DNA from: an uncultured Gemmatimonadales bacterium
Lineage (GTDB): Bacteria > Gemmatimonadota > Gemmatimonadetes > Gemmatimonadales > GWC2-71-9
NCBI GenBank assembly: GCA_963748815.1
Contig: CAVVKJ010000006.1
Span: 1-64,000, forward strand
Length of the DNA: 64,000 nt
Reading direction: 5' to 3'
Made by a program: the position numbers and the translations under genes. This document shows positions 43,186-57,628 of the stretch, piece after piece. The notes below the pieces were generated by a model that worked only from the letters and a program-made list of their open reading frames with translations, searched no databases and had not been told where the DNA came from. The stretch's first letter is position 1. The number at the start of each line of letters is the position of its first letter.

Positions 43186-44162
43186 TCAGGCGCGGCGGCT
43201 GCCTGTCCGGACCACATCCAGCAGCTCCTTGAGGCGGTGCATGTAGGTATGCTCGGCCAGAACGCGGGCGCGGCCGGCACGCGCCACCGCATCGGCGGCG
43301 GCCGGATCCTGCAGCGCCGCCTCGACCAGCGCCCGCATCTCCTCGACCGAGCGGTACACCAGCAGTTCCTTCCGGTCGACGAAATGCCGCTCCAGGTCGC
43401 CACGATAGTCGACCACCTGGGGCACGCCGATGGCCCCGATCTCAAACGTGCGCTGGTTTACCCCGCGTTCCGTCACCGCCGGCTCGGCGTCCGCCGAGCG
43501 GTGGATGTTCACGGCGACGGACGCCCCGGCGTAGGCGCGCACGAAGTTTTCCGTGTCGAGCTGCTCCCCGCGGCAGTAGTCCCGCAGCGAGGTGCGCCGC
43601 CACCCCGGTCCCCAGAGCGCCAGCCCGAACTCCACCAGCTCGCCGAGCAACCGTTCCCGCCGCGGCGTGGCGGTGCCAGCAAAGACAACGTTGGCGCGGT
43701 ACTGGTCGCGCGAGCGCATCGGCTTGTAGACCGAGGGGTCGGCGGCCAGCGGCAGGTAGTGCACCGGACGGTCGGTCACGCCCCCCAGCGCCTCGGCGAC
43801 GTCGGTGCCCGAGGCGAACACCATGTCGTAGGCGGGGAGGGCGTGCTGCACGATGGCGAGGCCGTGCAGGTCGTCGGGGACCCAGTTGACCCAGGTGCCG
43901 GGATGGTCGCGCCGCAGCGTGGTCACCGCCTGGGCGGAAAGCGCCTCCCCCCGCACGACGAGCACGATGTCCGGCGCGATCACTTCCAGCTCCCGGTCGA
44001 GGCGGCTCACCAGGTCGCCACCGCGGAGCCGGGTCAGCAGGCCGGGCCGGGCGTTCAGGTCGAACCGGGTGACGGTCTGGCCGTGGCGCTCCAGCGCCCG
44101 CTCGCGCTGCGCGGCGTGGGCGTTCAGCGCCTCGTCGTAGGCCGCGACCACCAGCACCCGCG

Positions 44163-44166
<4 letters not shown>
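43186..44166 (-). CDS. CgeB/DUF3880-like glycosyltransferase
   Basis: WVPDD, YLPLAADP, VVFAGT..PRRE, LWGPGW, NIH, NQRTFEI, EHTYMHRL. Confidence 0.8.
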
Positions 44167-45983
<1,817 letters not shown>

Positions 45984-45985
45984 GG

Positions 45986-47551
45986 TCAGGACCGCCGCGG
46001 CGTGAGGAGGGTGATCGGCAGCACGACCTCTTCCGGCGAGACCCCGCCGTGCAGGAAGGCGCCGCGGTAGCGGGCCTGGTACTCGCGCAGCTTGGTGGGA
46101 TAGACGAAGAACCGGTCGCCGGTCGCCAGCAGGAGCCGGGTGCCAGGCGTCCGTGGCGGCAGGCCGAACCGTTCGAGGTCGTCGACCACCAGCGCCGCGT
46201 CGGCGTCCTCGGCGCGGAGGTCCTCGCCGAACTTGTACCGGAGGTGGCTGGTGGTGTCGCGCCGGGCGAAGACGGTGGCCGGGGTGTGGCAGTGGATCGA
46301 GCCGTGGTCGGTGGTCAGCAGCACGGGCACGTTGCGGCGGTCCGCCTCGCGGAGCGCGTCCCAGAGCGGCGAGCGCTCGAACCAGGTGCGCGTCAGGTTG
46401 CGGAGCGCCTGGGTGTCGCGGGCCACCTCGAAGAGCGTCGAGTTCTCCGTGCGGCCGTGCGTCAGCTGGTCGATGAAATTGAAGACGAGCGCCGTCACCC
46501 CGTCCTGCGACAGGTGCGCCGGCAGGCGGCGGAGGAGTCCCTCGCCGTCGGCGGCGGTGAACACCTTCTCGTAGCGGACCGGCACCGCCCGGCCGGTGAG
46601 CTGGAGCAGGTGTTCCTCGAGGAGTTCCGCCTCGTGCGCGTTGAGGCCCGCCTCCTCCTCCGTCTTCCACCACTCGGGGTGCCGCGCCGCGAGTTCGTTC
46701 GGGAAGAGCCCGCTGAAGATCGCGTTCCGGGCGTACGGCGTCGCGGTGGGGAGGATGGAGAAGTAGTGCGCGGTCTCGATGTCGAAGCGGGTGGCCACGA
46801 GCGGCCGGATCATGGCCCACTGGTCGAGGCGCAGGCAGTCCACCACCACGAGCAACGCCTTGCCGTGGGCGTCGAGGGTGGGCCGCACGAACTCCGCGAC
46901 GATGTCCACCGAGAGGGCGGGCCGGTCCTCCTCGGACCCGTCGAGCCAGGCCCCGTAGTGCTTGCCGAGAAACTTGGCGAAGTCGGCGCGGAGCGAGTCC
47001 TGCAGGGTGCGCAGCGCGTCCTGCAGCCCCGGCTCGTCGGCGCGGCCGAGCTTGACCTCCCACTCGGCGAGCTCGACGATCAGCTCGATCCACTCGCGCC
47101 ACGCCATCCCCTCGCCGCGCCGGGTGTCGAGCTCCCGGAACCGGGTGGCGAAGTCGCGGGAGAGCCGCTGCTGGCGGATCCGGTCGCCCTCGAGCAGCCG
47201 GGTGACGACCGAGAGGATCTGGCGGGGATTGACCGGCTTGATGAGGTAGTCGCTGATCTCGGCGCCGATGGCGTCCTTGAGCGTCTCCTGTTCCTCGCTC
47301 TTGGTGACCATCACGACCGGCATCGCGTGGTCCATGGCGCGGATGGCCTGGAAGATCTCGAGTCCGCGGCGGCCCGGCATCTGCTCGTCGAGCAGGACCA
47401 CGCCGTAGGGCTGGCGCTGCAGGAGGACGAGGGCGTCGTCGCCGTGGGGCGACCGGTCCACCTTGAACCCATGCTCCTCGAGGAAGAGGATGTGCGACGT
47501 GAGGCTTTCGACCTCGTCGTCGACCCAGAGGATGCTCTTCGGGCGTGGCAT
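45986..47551 (-). CDS. PorX-like bifunctional response regulator (REC plus PglZ/alkaline-phosphatase domain)
   Basis: ILWVDDE, LLDEQMPG, MVTKSEE, YLIKPVNP; VVDCLRLDQW, ILPTATPYARNAIFSG, TTDHG, HGGVS. Confidence 0.88.
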   Translation of the reverse strand: MPRPKSILWVDDEVESLTSHILFLEEHGFKVDRSPHGDDALVLLQRQPYGVVLLDEQMPGRRGLEIFQAIRAMDHAMPVVMVTKSEEQETLKDAIGAEISDYLIKPVNPRQILSVVTRLLEGDRIRQQRLSRDFATRFRELDTRRGEGMAWREWIELIVELAEWEVKLGRADEPGLQDALRTLQDSLRADFAKFLGKHYGAWLDGSEEDRPALSVDIVAEFVRPTLDAHGKALLVVVDCLRLDQWAMIRPLVATRFDIETAHYFSILPTATPYARNAIFSGLFPNELAARHPEWWKTEEEAGLNAHEAELLEEHLLQLTGRAVPVRYEKVFTAADGEGLLRRLPAHLSQDGVTALVFNFIDQLTHGRTENSTLFEVARDTQALRNLTRTWFERSPLWDALREADRRNVPVLLTTDHGSIHCHTPATVFARRDTTSHLRYKFGEDLRAEDADAALVVDDLERFGLPPRTPGTRLLLATGDRFFVYPTKLREYQARYRGAFLHGGVSPEEVVLPITLLTPRRS

Positions 47552-47627
47552 GACTCAAACCTAACCGCCGCTCGCGGCGCGGCACAACGCGCTGGCGGCT
47601 CCCGGCGGCGCGGCCTACATTCCCGCC

Positions 47628-48662
47628 GTGCCTCATTCCCGCCCCGACGACGCCCCACGCATCCTCCTGGTGCGATTCAGCTCCATCGGCGACATCCTCC
47701 TGACGACGCCGCTGATTCGCGCCCTCCGAGCGCGCCACCCGGGCGCCCGGATCGACGCGCTCACGAAGGCGCGCTTCACGCCGCTCCTGGCCGACAACCC
47801 CCACCTGGACACCGTGCTGAGCCCCGCCGACGGCGAGCCGCTCTCCGCCCTGGCCGCACGGCTCCGACCGACCCGGTACACCCATCGGCTCGACCTCCAC
47901 GGGAGCATCCGGAGCCGTCAGCTTCGCCTCCTCCTCCCGGGCCGCTGGCGGGGATACCGCAAGCACCGCCTGGCCCGGGGGGTCCTGGTCCTGACCCACC
48001 GCAATCACTACCCCGCGGGCACGCCCCCAGTCCCCGAACGCTATTTCGAGGCGGCGGAGGGTCTCGATGTCCAGCCCGACGGCGGCCCACCGGAGTTCGG
48101 CATCGGAGCGGCCGCAACCGCCGAAGTGGACGCCTACCTGTTCGCGAACGGTGTCGACCCTGAACGCGGCCTCGTGGCACTGGCGCCGGGCGCCGCGCAC
48201 GCCACCAAGCGGTGGCCGGTCGAGCGGTGGTCGTCGCTGGCCGCGTCGTTGGCGGCGACGGGACGCCCCGTCGTCGTGGTTGGCGGGCCCGAGGACCTGC
48301 CCACCGCCAGCGCGGTGGCCGCCGCAGCACCGGGGGCGGTCGTGGCCGCCGGCCAGTTCGGCCTCCAGGGCACCGGCGCCCTGCTGGCCCGGGCCGCGGC
48401 CCTCGTCTCCGGCGACACCGGCGTGATGCACATGGCGACCGGCGTCGGGACGCCGGTGGTGGCGCTCTTCGGTCCGACCGTGGAGGCGTTCGGCTTCTTC
48501 CCGTACCGGGCCCGTGCCACCGTCCTCCAGCGCGATCTCCCCTGCCGGCCGTGCAGCCGGATGGGTGGACCCGCGTGCCCGTTGGGGCACCACGCCTGCC
48601 TGCGGGAGATCACTCCAGACGAGGTCGCCTCCGCACTCGCCGCCCTGCGGGAGGCGAAATGA
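47628..48662 (+). CDS. GT9 ADP-heptose:LPS heptosyltransferase-like
   Basis: LLVRFSSIGDILLTTP, DLHGSIRS, PGAAHATKRWP, SGDTGVMHMA, LFGPT, CRPCS. Confidence 0.9.
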   Translation: MPHSRPDDAPRILLVRFSSIGDILLTTPLIRALRARHPGARIDALTKARFTPLLADNPHLDTVLSPADGEPLSALAARLRPTRYTHRLDLHGSIRSRQLRLLLPGRWRGYRKHRLARGVLVLTHRNHYPAGTPPVPERYFEAAEGLDVQPDGGPPEFGIGAAATAEVDAYLFANGVDPERGLVALAPGAAHATKRWPVERWSSLAASLAATGRPVVVVGGPEDLPTASAVAAAAPGAVVAAGQFGLQGTGALLARAAALVSGDTGVMHMATGVGTPVVALFGPTVEAFGFFPYRARATVLQRDLPCRPCSRMGGPACPLGHHACLREITPDEVASALAALREAK

Positions 48663-49057
48663 CCGACGAAGGCACGCTGGCCCGTCCCTGGGAACCGGCC
48701 GCGGTCGCACTCGCCGACCTCCTGCAGCGAACCGCCCGCGGCTCGAAGCGTGACGGGGTGTTCGCGCTCTGGCTCACGGTGCGGGTGGCGCTCGACTTCG
48801 GCCTCACGCCGCCGCTCCCCGACCGCGCCCGCCGGCGCCGAACCGGCGCCCTCGAGCGGCGCCTCGCGAGCCTGACGGTGCCTGCCCCGCTCCGACGCGC
48901 GCTGACCGCCGCACTGGCGCAACTGCAGGCCGGTGATCCACCCGCCGCGGCACTCGCGCTGACCCAGCTGGTGGCCCCGGTCCGCGACACCCTCGGCGCC
49001 GAAGCGGGCGACGCGATTGCGCTGGCAGCCCGTGTGGCGCGAAGTTCCGTCGCATGA
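48659..49057 (+). CDS. Hypothetical alpha-helical protein (about 132 aa)
   Basis: ATGA overlaps at both ends; MTDEGTLARPWEPAAV...ARSSVA. Confidence 0.6.
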   Translation: MTDEGTLARPWEPAAVALADLLQRTARGSKRDGVFALWLTVRVALDFGLTPPLPDRARRRRTGALERRLASLTVPAPLRRALTAALAQLQAGDPPAAALALTQLVAPVRDTLGAEAGDAIALAARVARSSVA

Positions 49058-49771
49058 AGGCCATCATCACCGCCGCAGGGCAGAGCAGCCGCCTCTGGGA
49101 GACCACCGGCCGCGAACCCAAGACCCTCCTGCCCTTCGGGGAGCGGATCGATCCTCGCCGCCATTCTCGGCAACTTCGCGCAGGTGGGCATCCGCGAGTT
49201 CCTCATCGTGACGGGGTACCGCGGCGACCTCATTGCCCAGCATCTCCGCGAGCAGGCCAACTTCGGGATGGCGGTGGAGCTGCTCGACAACCCGGAGTGG
49301 CACCGCGGAAACGGACTCTCGGTGCAGAAGGCGCTGGCCCACCTGGCCCCCGAGGAGCCGGTCATCCTCTCCATGGCGGACCACGTGGTCAGCCCGGCCG
49401 CGCTCGCCGCCGTGCGCGACGGCCCCGCCGGCATGAACCTGCTGCTGGTGGACCCCCGCATCGACGAGTGCTTCGATCTCCCCGACGCCACCAAGGTGCG
49501 CCGCGAGGGCGACCGGATCGCGGACATCGGCAAGGACCTCGCCGACTATGACGTGCTCGACTGTGGCGTCTTTCGGCTCAACCAGCAGTTCCGGGTGGCG
49601 CTGGAGACCGCGCTGGCCCAGGGCCGCGAGGGGATCAGCGACGGGGTGCGCGAACTGGTGGAAGGCCCCGGCTTTGGCACCGTGCTGATACCGGCGGGGG
49701 CCGCCTGGCTCGACATCGACACCCCGGAGAGCTACCAGCACGCCCTCGCCCGGCGCGCCACCTTCGCCTGA
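49054..49771 (+). CDS. NTP transferase (LicC/IPCT-like cytidylyltransferase); frameshift near 49150
   Basis: MKAIITAAGQSSRL..PKTLL, VTGYRG, NPEW..GN..S, MADH, DATKV, IGKDL, WLDIDTPE. Confidence 0.8.
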
Positions 49772-49784
49772 GGAGCGGCGCCCC

Positions 49785-50921
49785 ATGGCCCGGATCCGCC
49801 TGCTGTTCAAGATCGGCTTCGTCTACCACAAGGCGGCGTTCGACCCGGTCATCGAGCAATTCCTGGCCGACGACCGCTACGACGTCTTCTTCGCGCTCGA
49901 CGAGGAGCGGATCCGGCGGTGGGGAATCTTCAACCTTCCCTACCGGCCGCCCATCGTGGATCAATGGGTGCGCGAGGGCTATCGCTTCACCAGCGAGAAA
50001 CGCGGGTTCGACGTGGTCATCGCGGGGGACACGGTCCGCGACGCCGCCGCGTACGGCCGCACCCTGCTCTGCTTCTTGAACCACGGCACCGGCATCAAGA
50101 CGATCCTCTACCGGAATCTTTCCCACCACAAAGACACGCGGTACCAGATCTACGTGGAGGGCCGCTACCGGGAGGAGAAGATCGTCGAGTCGGGGCAGCT
50201 GGGGCGAAGCGAAGTGCGCGTGGTGGGGCTCCCCAAGCTCGACGGCATTTTCCAGGGCCGGTACGCCGATCGGGCGGGGTTCCTCGCCGGCCGCGGTCTC
50301 GATCCGGCCAAGCCGACCGTCCTCTTTGCGCCCACCTACAAACCGACCTGCCTCTACGACGTGAAGGACGCGATTTTCGAGGCGACGAAGGATCGGTGCA
50401 ACCTGGTGGTCAAGCTGCATCACTACAGCTGGATGGGGAAATACGCCCCGCACGAGCAGCACCGGATCTTCGAGCGCCGGGTGCGCCGCTATCCCCACGC
50501 GCTCCTGGTCCCGATGGAGGAGTACAACATCGTCCCCTGGATGGCCGCGGCCGACACCCTCCTCAGCGAGGCCTCCAGCACGGTCTTCGACTTTCTCGCG
50601 CTGGGAAAGACCGGCATCATCTACGACCTGCCGAGCGACCGACTCAAGCACAGCGACGGGATGCCGCTCCTGGGGGAGGACAACCGCGCCTTCCTGAAGG
50701 ACGCCTTCGTGCACGTGGGCCGCCCCGACGACCTCGGCGACGCCATCCGCCGCGCCCTGGCCCCGACCGACGCCATGCGCGCGGCCCAGGACCGGGAGCG
50801 CGACCACCTCTTCTACCAGCTGGACGGGCGTGCCGCCGAGCGGATGAAGGCGTCGATCGAGCTACTGCTGGAGGAGGGGGGGCATGAAAACGCCCCGGAC
50901 GAGCCGGGGCGTCACCAGTAA
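49785..50921 (+). CDS. CDP-glycerol glycerophosphotransferase (TagF/TagB-like) family protein
   Basis: NHGTGIK, VGLPKLD, VLFAPTY, VKLHH, ADTLLSEASSTVFDFLAL, DGRAAER. Confidence 0.8.
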   Translation: MARIRLLFKIGFVYHKAAFDPVIEQFLADDRYDVFFALDEERIRRWGIFNLPYRPPIVDQWVREGYRFTSEKRGFDVVIAGDTVRDAAAYGRTLLCFLNHGTGIKTILYRNLSHHKDTRYQIYVEGRYREEKIVESGQLGRSEVRVVGLPKLDGIFQGRYADRAGFLAGRGLDPAKPTVLFAPTYKPTCLYDVKDAIFEATKDRCNLVVKLHHYSWMGKYAPHEQHRIFERRVRRYPHALLVPMEEYNIVPWMAAADTLLSEASSTVFDFLALGKTGIIYDLPSDRLKHSDGMPLLGEDNRAFLKDAFVHVGRPDDLGDAIRRALAPTDAMRAAQDRERDHLFYQLDGRAAERMKASIELLLEEGGHENAPDEPGRHQ

Positions 50922-50944
50922 ATCGGGGGAACTCCGGCCGGTCA

Positions 50945-51379
50945 TTACCTCATGATGCTGTCGATCGGGACTCCCGAATCGGCGGGCACCACCGGCTGGG
51001 CCGGCACCACCACCGCACCACTCACCTCGACGATCGTCCCCGGCATCCCCGGGGCCTGGCTCACCCGGATCCACATCGGATGCCCGTTCTTGAGCAGGTA
51101 CAGCGCCCTCGCCCCCACGGCATCCTCGGTATCGCTCTCGATCGACCAGCCACCCTGGGGCAGCGTGACCCGGTAGTAGTTGAGCACTTCCGACGGCGTG
51201 CTCTTGCTGCTGAAGGTGATCTGGACGGCGTCCTTGGACCCGGTGCGCGAGACGACCGCGGCCTGGGGCGGGAACGGCAGGAAGGGGAGGGCGTCGGCGG
51301 TGGCGGCGACCTTGTTGGCCGCATCGTCCTTGCAGGCGGCCAGGGCGAGCACGATGAGCGCTAAGTGATGGTATCGCAT
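50945..51379 (-). CDS. Hypothetical lipoprotein
   Basis: MRYHHLALIVLALAAC lipobox. Confidence 0.75.
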   Translation of the reverse strand: MRYHHLALIVLALAACKDDAANKVAATADALPFLPFPPQAAVVSRTGSKDAVQITFSSKSTPSEVLNYYRVTLPQGGWSIESDTEDAVGARALYLLKNGHPMWIRVSQAPGMPGTIVEVSGAVVVPAQPVVPADSGVPIDSIMR

Positions 51380-51486
51380 AGGGGAGGGAGAGTAGCGGCG
51401 GGCCCGCCCGCGGTCAAGCGGACGCGTTGCCGCGCCGCGCGCCTGCCGCTATGCTTGGGGTCTGATTTCTCGCGATGGAGCGGGCC

Positions 51487-52233
51487 ATGGCAGGCCATAG
51501 CAAGTGGAAGCAAATCAAGCGGAAAAAGGCGGTCACGGACTCGCGCCGGGCCTCCTCCTGGACCAAGGTGATCCGGGAAATCACCATCGCCGCCAAGGGC
51601 GGCGGGGGTGATCCCGGCGGCAACCCACGCCTGCGGACCGCCATCGACGCCGCCAAGGCGGTGAACATGCCGGCCGAGAACATCGACCGGGCCGTCAAGA
51701 AGGGCACCGGCGAGCTCGAGGGCGGGAACATCGAGGAGGTGGCGTACGAGGGGTACGGCCCAGGCGGCGCCGCGCTCTTCATCGAGGCCACGACCGACAA
51801 CCCGCACCGCACGGTGGCCGATATCCGCCACGCCTTCAGCCGGAACGCCGGCAATCTCGGCGCCACCAATTCGGTCTCCTGGATGTTCGACCGGAAGGGA
51901 CAGCTCTACATCGACGCGACCGCGCACGGCGAGGAGCGCACGCTCGAGGCGGCGCTCGAGGCCGGCGCGGAAGACCTGGTCCGCGAAGGCGACCAGTTCA
52001 TCGTGTCGACGGCGCCGAACGACATTCACGCGGTGCAGGACGCGATTCGCGCCAAGGGGATCAAGGTCGAGGAGGCCGAGCTCGCCATGGTGCCCAAGAA
52101 CACCGTGAAGGTCGAAGGGAAGGACGTCGAAGCGCTGTTCAAGCTGATCGAGGCCCTCGAGGAGCTCGACGACGTCTCGAAGGTCTTCTCGAACTTCGAC
52201 ATCGACTCCGAAATGGCTGAGGCGGCAGGCTGA
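51487..52233 (+). CDS. yebC: YebC/PmpR family protein
   Basis: MAGHSKWKQIKRKK, NPRLR, YEGYGPGG, TDN..RT. Confidence 0.97.
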   Translation: MAGHSKWKQIKRKKAVTDSRRASSWTKVIREITIAAKGGGGDPGGNPRLRTAIDAAKAVNMPAENIDRAVKKGTGELEGGNIEEVAYEGYGPGGAALFIEATTDNPHRTVADIRHAFSRNAGNLGATNSVSWMFDRKGQLYIDATAHGEERTLEAALEAGAEDLVREGDQFIVSTAPNDIHAVQDAIRAKGIKVEEAELAMVPKNTVKVEGKDVEALFKLIEALEELDDVSKVFSNFDIDSEMAEAAG

Positions 52234-52243
52234 CCGGCCGCCC

Positions 52244-52753
52244 GTGATCATCCTCGGCATCGACCCCGGTACCGCGGTCACCGGCTACGGCGTCCTCGAC
52301 TCGGGGCCCGGCACCAGGGTCCGGCTCATCGAGTGCGGCGTGGTGCGGACCCCCGCCCGCGACCCCCTCCCCGTGCGGCTCCGCGCCATCCGCGACGGCA
52401 TGGTCGAGCTCATCGAGCGGCACCGGCCCGACGCCGTCGCCGTCGAGGATGTCTTCTACGGCAAGAACATGCGGACCACCGTGGTGCTCTCCCACGCCCG
52501 GGGGGTGATCCTGCTGACCGCGGAGGAGGCCGGCGTGTCCATCGGCGAGTACCCCCCGGCCCTCGTCAAGAAGGCGGTGGTGGGCAGGGGCGGAGCCGCG
52601 AAGCCGCAGGTCGGCTACATGGTGGCCCAGCTCCTCCGGCTCACCGCCCCGCCGAGTCCCGCCGACGCCGCCGACGGCGTGGCGGTCGCGCTGGCCCACC
52701 ACATCCTCGCCGGAGGCGCGATGGCGCGCTCCCGCCGCGGGCAGGTGGCATGA
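52244..52753 (+). CDS. ruvC: Holliday junction resolvase RuvC
   Basis: ILGIDPG..TGYG, AVED, ARGV, VKKAVVG.G.A.K.QV, DAADG.AVALAH. Confidence 0.96.
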   Translation: MIILGIDPGTAVTGYGVLDSGPGTRVRLIECGVVRTPARDPLPVRLRAIRDGMVELIERHRPDAVAVEDVFYGKNMRTTVVLSHARGVILLTAEEAGVSIGEYPPALVKKAVVGRGGAAKPQVGYMVAQLLRLTAPPSPADAADGVAVALAHHILAGGAMARSRRGQVA

Positions 52754-53355
52754 TCGGCGGAGTCCGCGGGAAGGTCGGGCATCTCGACCTCGACGTGGTG
52801 ACCATCGAGACGGCCGGCGGCGTGTCCTACGAGGTGCTGGTGCCGCTCGGCGTCCTCGGACGGCTCCCCGCCCCCGGCGGCGCGGTGCATCTCTACACCG
52901 AACTGGTGGTGCGGGAAGACGACTGGCTCCTCGTCGGGTTCGACACCGCCCACGAGCGGCTGGTCTTCCGGCGGCTCCTCGGGGCGAGCGGCTTCGGACC
53001 GCGGCTGGCGCTGGCGCTGCTCTCGACCCTCGGCCCCGATCGCGCAGTGCGCGCCATCCTGGGGAACGACCTCGCCGCCCTCGGCAGCGTCTCGGGCATC
53101 GGCAAGAAGAAGGCGGAGCGGCTCGTGCTGGAGCTGCGCGACCGCTTCAAGGACTTGCCGGCCGCCTCGGAACCGTCGGCGGCCCGTCCCGACCAGGCCT
53201 CGGTGAGCGCGCTGACCGGCCTGGGCTACTCGGCGGCCGCCGCCGAGGAGGCGGTGCGCGCGGTGCTGGTCGAGGGCGCCGTCGAGGATACGTCACTCAT
53301 CGTGCGGCGAGCGCTCCAGCGCCTGACCGCCGGCAAGGGAGGAAGTTCCACATGA
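52750..53355 (+). CDS. ruvA: Holliday junction branch-migration protein RuvA
   Basis: MIGGVRG, GVSYEV, VREDD..LVGF, SGFGPRLALALLS, GIGKKKAERLVLELRD. Confidence 0.95.
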   Translation: MIGGVRGKVGHLDLDVVTIETAGGVSYEVLVPLGVLGRLPAPGGAVHLYTELVVREDDWLLVGFDTAHERLVFRRLLGASGFGPRLALALLSTLGPDRAVRAILGNDLAALGSVSGIGKKKAERLVLELRDRFKDLPAASEPSAARPDQASVSALTGLGYSAAAAEEAVRAVLVEGAVEDTSLIVRRALQRLTAGKGGSST

Positions 53356-53525
53356 CCGTGACCGCCCGGACCGCCGAGTGGGAATGCACCCGCTGCGGCT
53401 CCACCAATCGCAAGCTCGTCCCCAGCACCCGGGACGAGGCCACCGATCGTTGCGTCACCTGCCGCGCCAGGCACCGGCTCGAGCCGGGCGAGACGACGGT
53501 TCGCTGGCTGGCGCGAGCCAGCTGA
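53352..53525 (+). CDS. Small zinc-ribbon protein, 57 aa (absent from the ORF track)
   Basis: [61 protein letters not shown] overlap with ruvA; two CxxC motifs. Confidence 0.75.
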   Translation: MTVTARTAEWECTRCGSTNRKLVPSTRDEATDRCVTCRARHRLEPGETTVRWLARAS

Positions 53526-53541
53526 GGGCCGCCTGAACCCG

Positions 53542-54559
53542 ATGGCCCAGCGCCTCGAAGTCACCACCCCGGACGCGCTCCCCGAGGAAACCGGCGCCGA
53601 AGCCGCCCTCCGCCCGTCCCGGCTCGACGAATTCGTCGGGCAGGAACAGGTCAAGGCGTCGCTGCAGATTGCCATGGACGCGGCGCGCGGACGGGGCGAG
53701 GCGCTCGACCATACCCTCTTCTTCGGCCCCCCCGGCCTCGGCAAGACCACCCTCGCGATGCTGATGGCGCGGGAAATGGGCGTGCAGCTGCGCACCTCGT
53801 CGGGCCCGGTGCTGGAAAAGGCCGGCGACCTGGTCGGCCTGCTGACGACTCTCGGTCCGGGGGACATCCTCTTCATCGACGAAATCCACCGGATGCGCCC
53901 CGCCCTCGAGGAGTTCCTCTACTCGGCGATGGAGGACTTCCGCGTGGATGTGCGCATCGCCGACGGCCCGAACGCGCAGACCATCCCGATGACGCTGGAG
54001 CGGTTCACGCTGGTCGGGGCCACGACGCGATTCGGCCTGCTGACGCCGCCGATGCGGGCGCGGTTCGGGATGGTGGAGCGGCTGAACTTCTACCCGGCGG
54101 AAGACCTCGAGCGGATCGTGACCCGCTCGGCGGCGCTGCTGCAGGTGCCGACCGACGCCGAAGGGGGACTGGAGATCGCGAAGCGCAGCCGGGGCACGCC
54201 GCGGGTGGCCAACCGGTTGCTGCGCCGGGTGCGCGACTTCGCGCAGGTGCGCGCGGAGGGGAAGATCACCGGCCCGGTCGCGCGCGAGGCGCTCTCCCGG
54301 CTCAACGTCGACGAGTTCGGGCTCGACGACATGGACGCGCGCATCCTGACCACGCTCATCGAGAAGTTCTCCGGCGGGCCGGTGGGGCTGAATACGCTGG
54401 CGGTCGCCGTCGGCGAGGACAGCGGGACCCTCGAGGAGGTGTACGAACCGTACCTGATCCAGCAGGGGTTCCTCGAGCGCACGCCGCGCGGCCGCTGCGC
54501 CACCGCCAACGCCTATCGTCGCTTCGGCATCACGCCGCCCCCCGGACAGGCCACGATCT

Positions 54560-54570
<11 letters not shown>
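53542..54570 (+). CDS. ruvB: Holliday junction helicase RuvB
   Basis: [47 protein letters not shown]. Confidence 0.97.
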
Positions 54571-56771
<2,201 letters not shown>

Positions 56772-56772
<1 letters not shown>

Positions 56773-57092
56773 TGCACGCACTGTACCTGATGGCCCCGGC
56801 TGCCGGCTCCGGCGGCGGCATGTCCGTCCTCCTGCTTCAGATCGGCCTGATCGGCGCCGTGTTCTATTTTCTCATCCTCCGGCCCCAGTCGCAGGCGAGG
56901 AAGAAGCACGCATCCATGCTCGAGGCGCTGAAGAAGGGTGACGACGTCATCACCTCCGGCGGCCTCATGGGCAAGGTGAAGGGCATCAAGGACCAGGAAG
57001 TGACCATCGAGACCGGCACCAGCACGGTCGTGGTGCATCGCGCCCGCATCGTCCAGGTCGGCGACACCGCCGCGCCCAACACGCCGGGCTGA
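56772..57092 (+). CDS. yajC: Preprotein translocase subunit YajC
   Basis: FYFLILRPQ, LKKGDDVITSGGLMG. Confidence 0.93.
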
Positions 57093-57628
57093 TGTCGCTG
57101 CTGCCCATCCACCTCTATGGCTCCCCGGTGCTCCGGGAACCCTCGGCGCCGGTCGCCGAGGTGACGGCCGAGGTGCGCCGGCTGGTCGAGGACATGTTCG
57201 AGACGATGGACGCCGCCGAAGGAGTCGGGCTGGCGGCCAACCAGATCGGGCAGGCCGTGCGCATTGCCGTCGTGGACGCGGAAGGCTCCCGGATCGCGAT
57301 GATCAATCCGGTCATCGCGGAGGCGTCGGGCAAGGAGCGGGAAGAGGAGGGATGTCTCTCCATTCCCGAGGTGTACGCCGAGGTGACGCGTCCGGAGCGG
57401 ATCGTGCTCGAGGCGATCGGCCAGGACGGTGCGCCCTATCGCCTGGAGGCGGCCGGACTCCTGGCCCGCGCCATCCAGCACGAAATCGACCACCTCGACG
57501 GGATTCTCTTTCTCGACCGGCTGAGTCCGATGAAGCGGCGTCTGCTGGTGGCGAAGTACCGCCGCGAGCACAAGGAGGGGGACAGCCTCCTGCGGGAGGT
57601 GGCGCGGCCCTCCGGCCGTACCCCCTGA
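57092..57628 (+). CDS. def: Peptide deformylase
   Basis: GVGLAANQIG, EGCLS, QHEIDHLDG. Confidence 0.97.
   Translation: MSLLPIHLYGSPVLREPSAPVAEVTAEVRRLVEDMFETMDAAEGVGLAANQIGQAVRIAVVDAEGSRIAMINPVIAEASGKEREEEGCLSIPEVYAEVTRPERIVLEAIGQDGAPYRLEAAGLLARAIQHEIDHLDGILFLDRLSPMKRRLLVAKYRREHKEGDSLLREVARPSGRTP

Noticed and set aside
45986..47551. BREX system suggested by the PglZ domain
   Set aside because: The REC fusion and motifs match PorX-type proteins; no brxC, pglX or brxL nearby.
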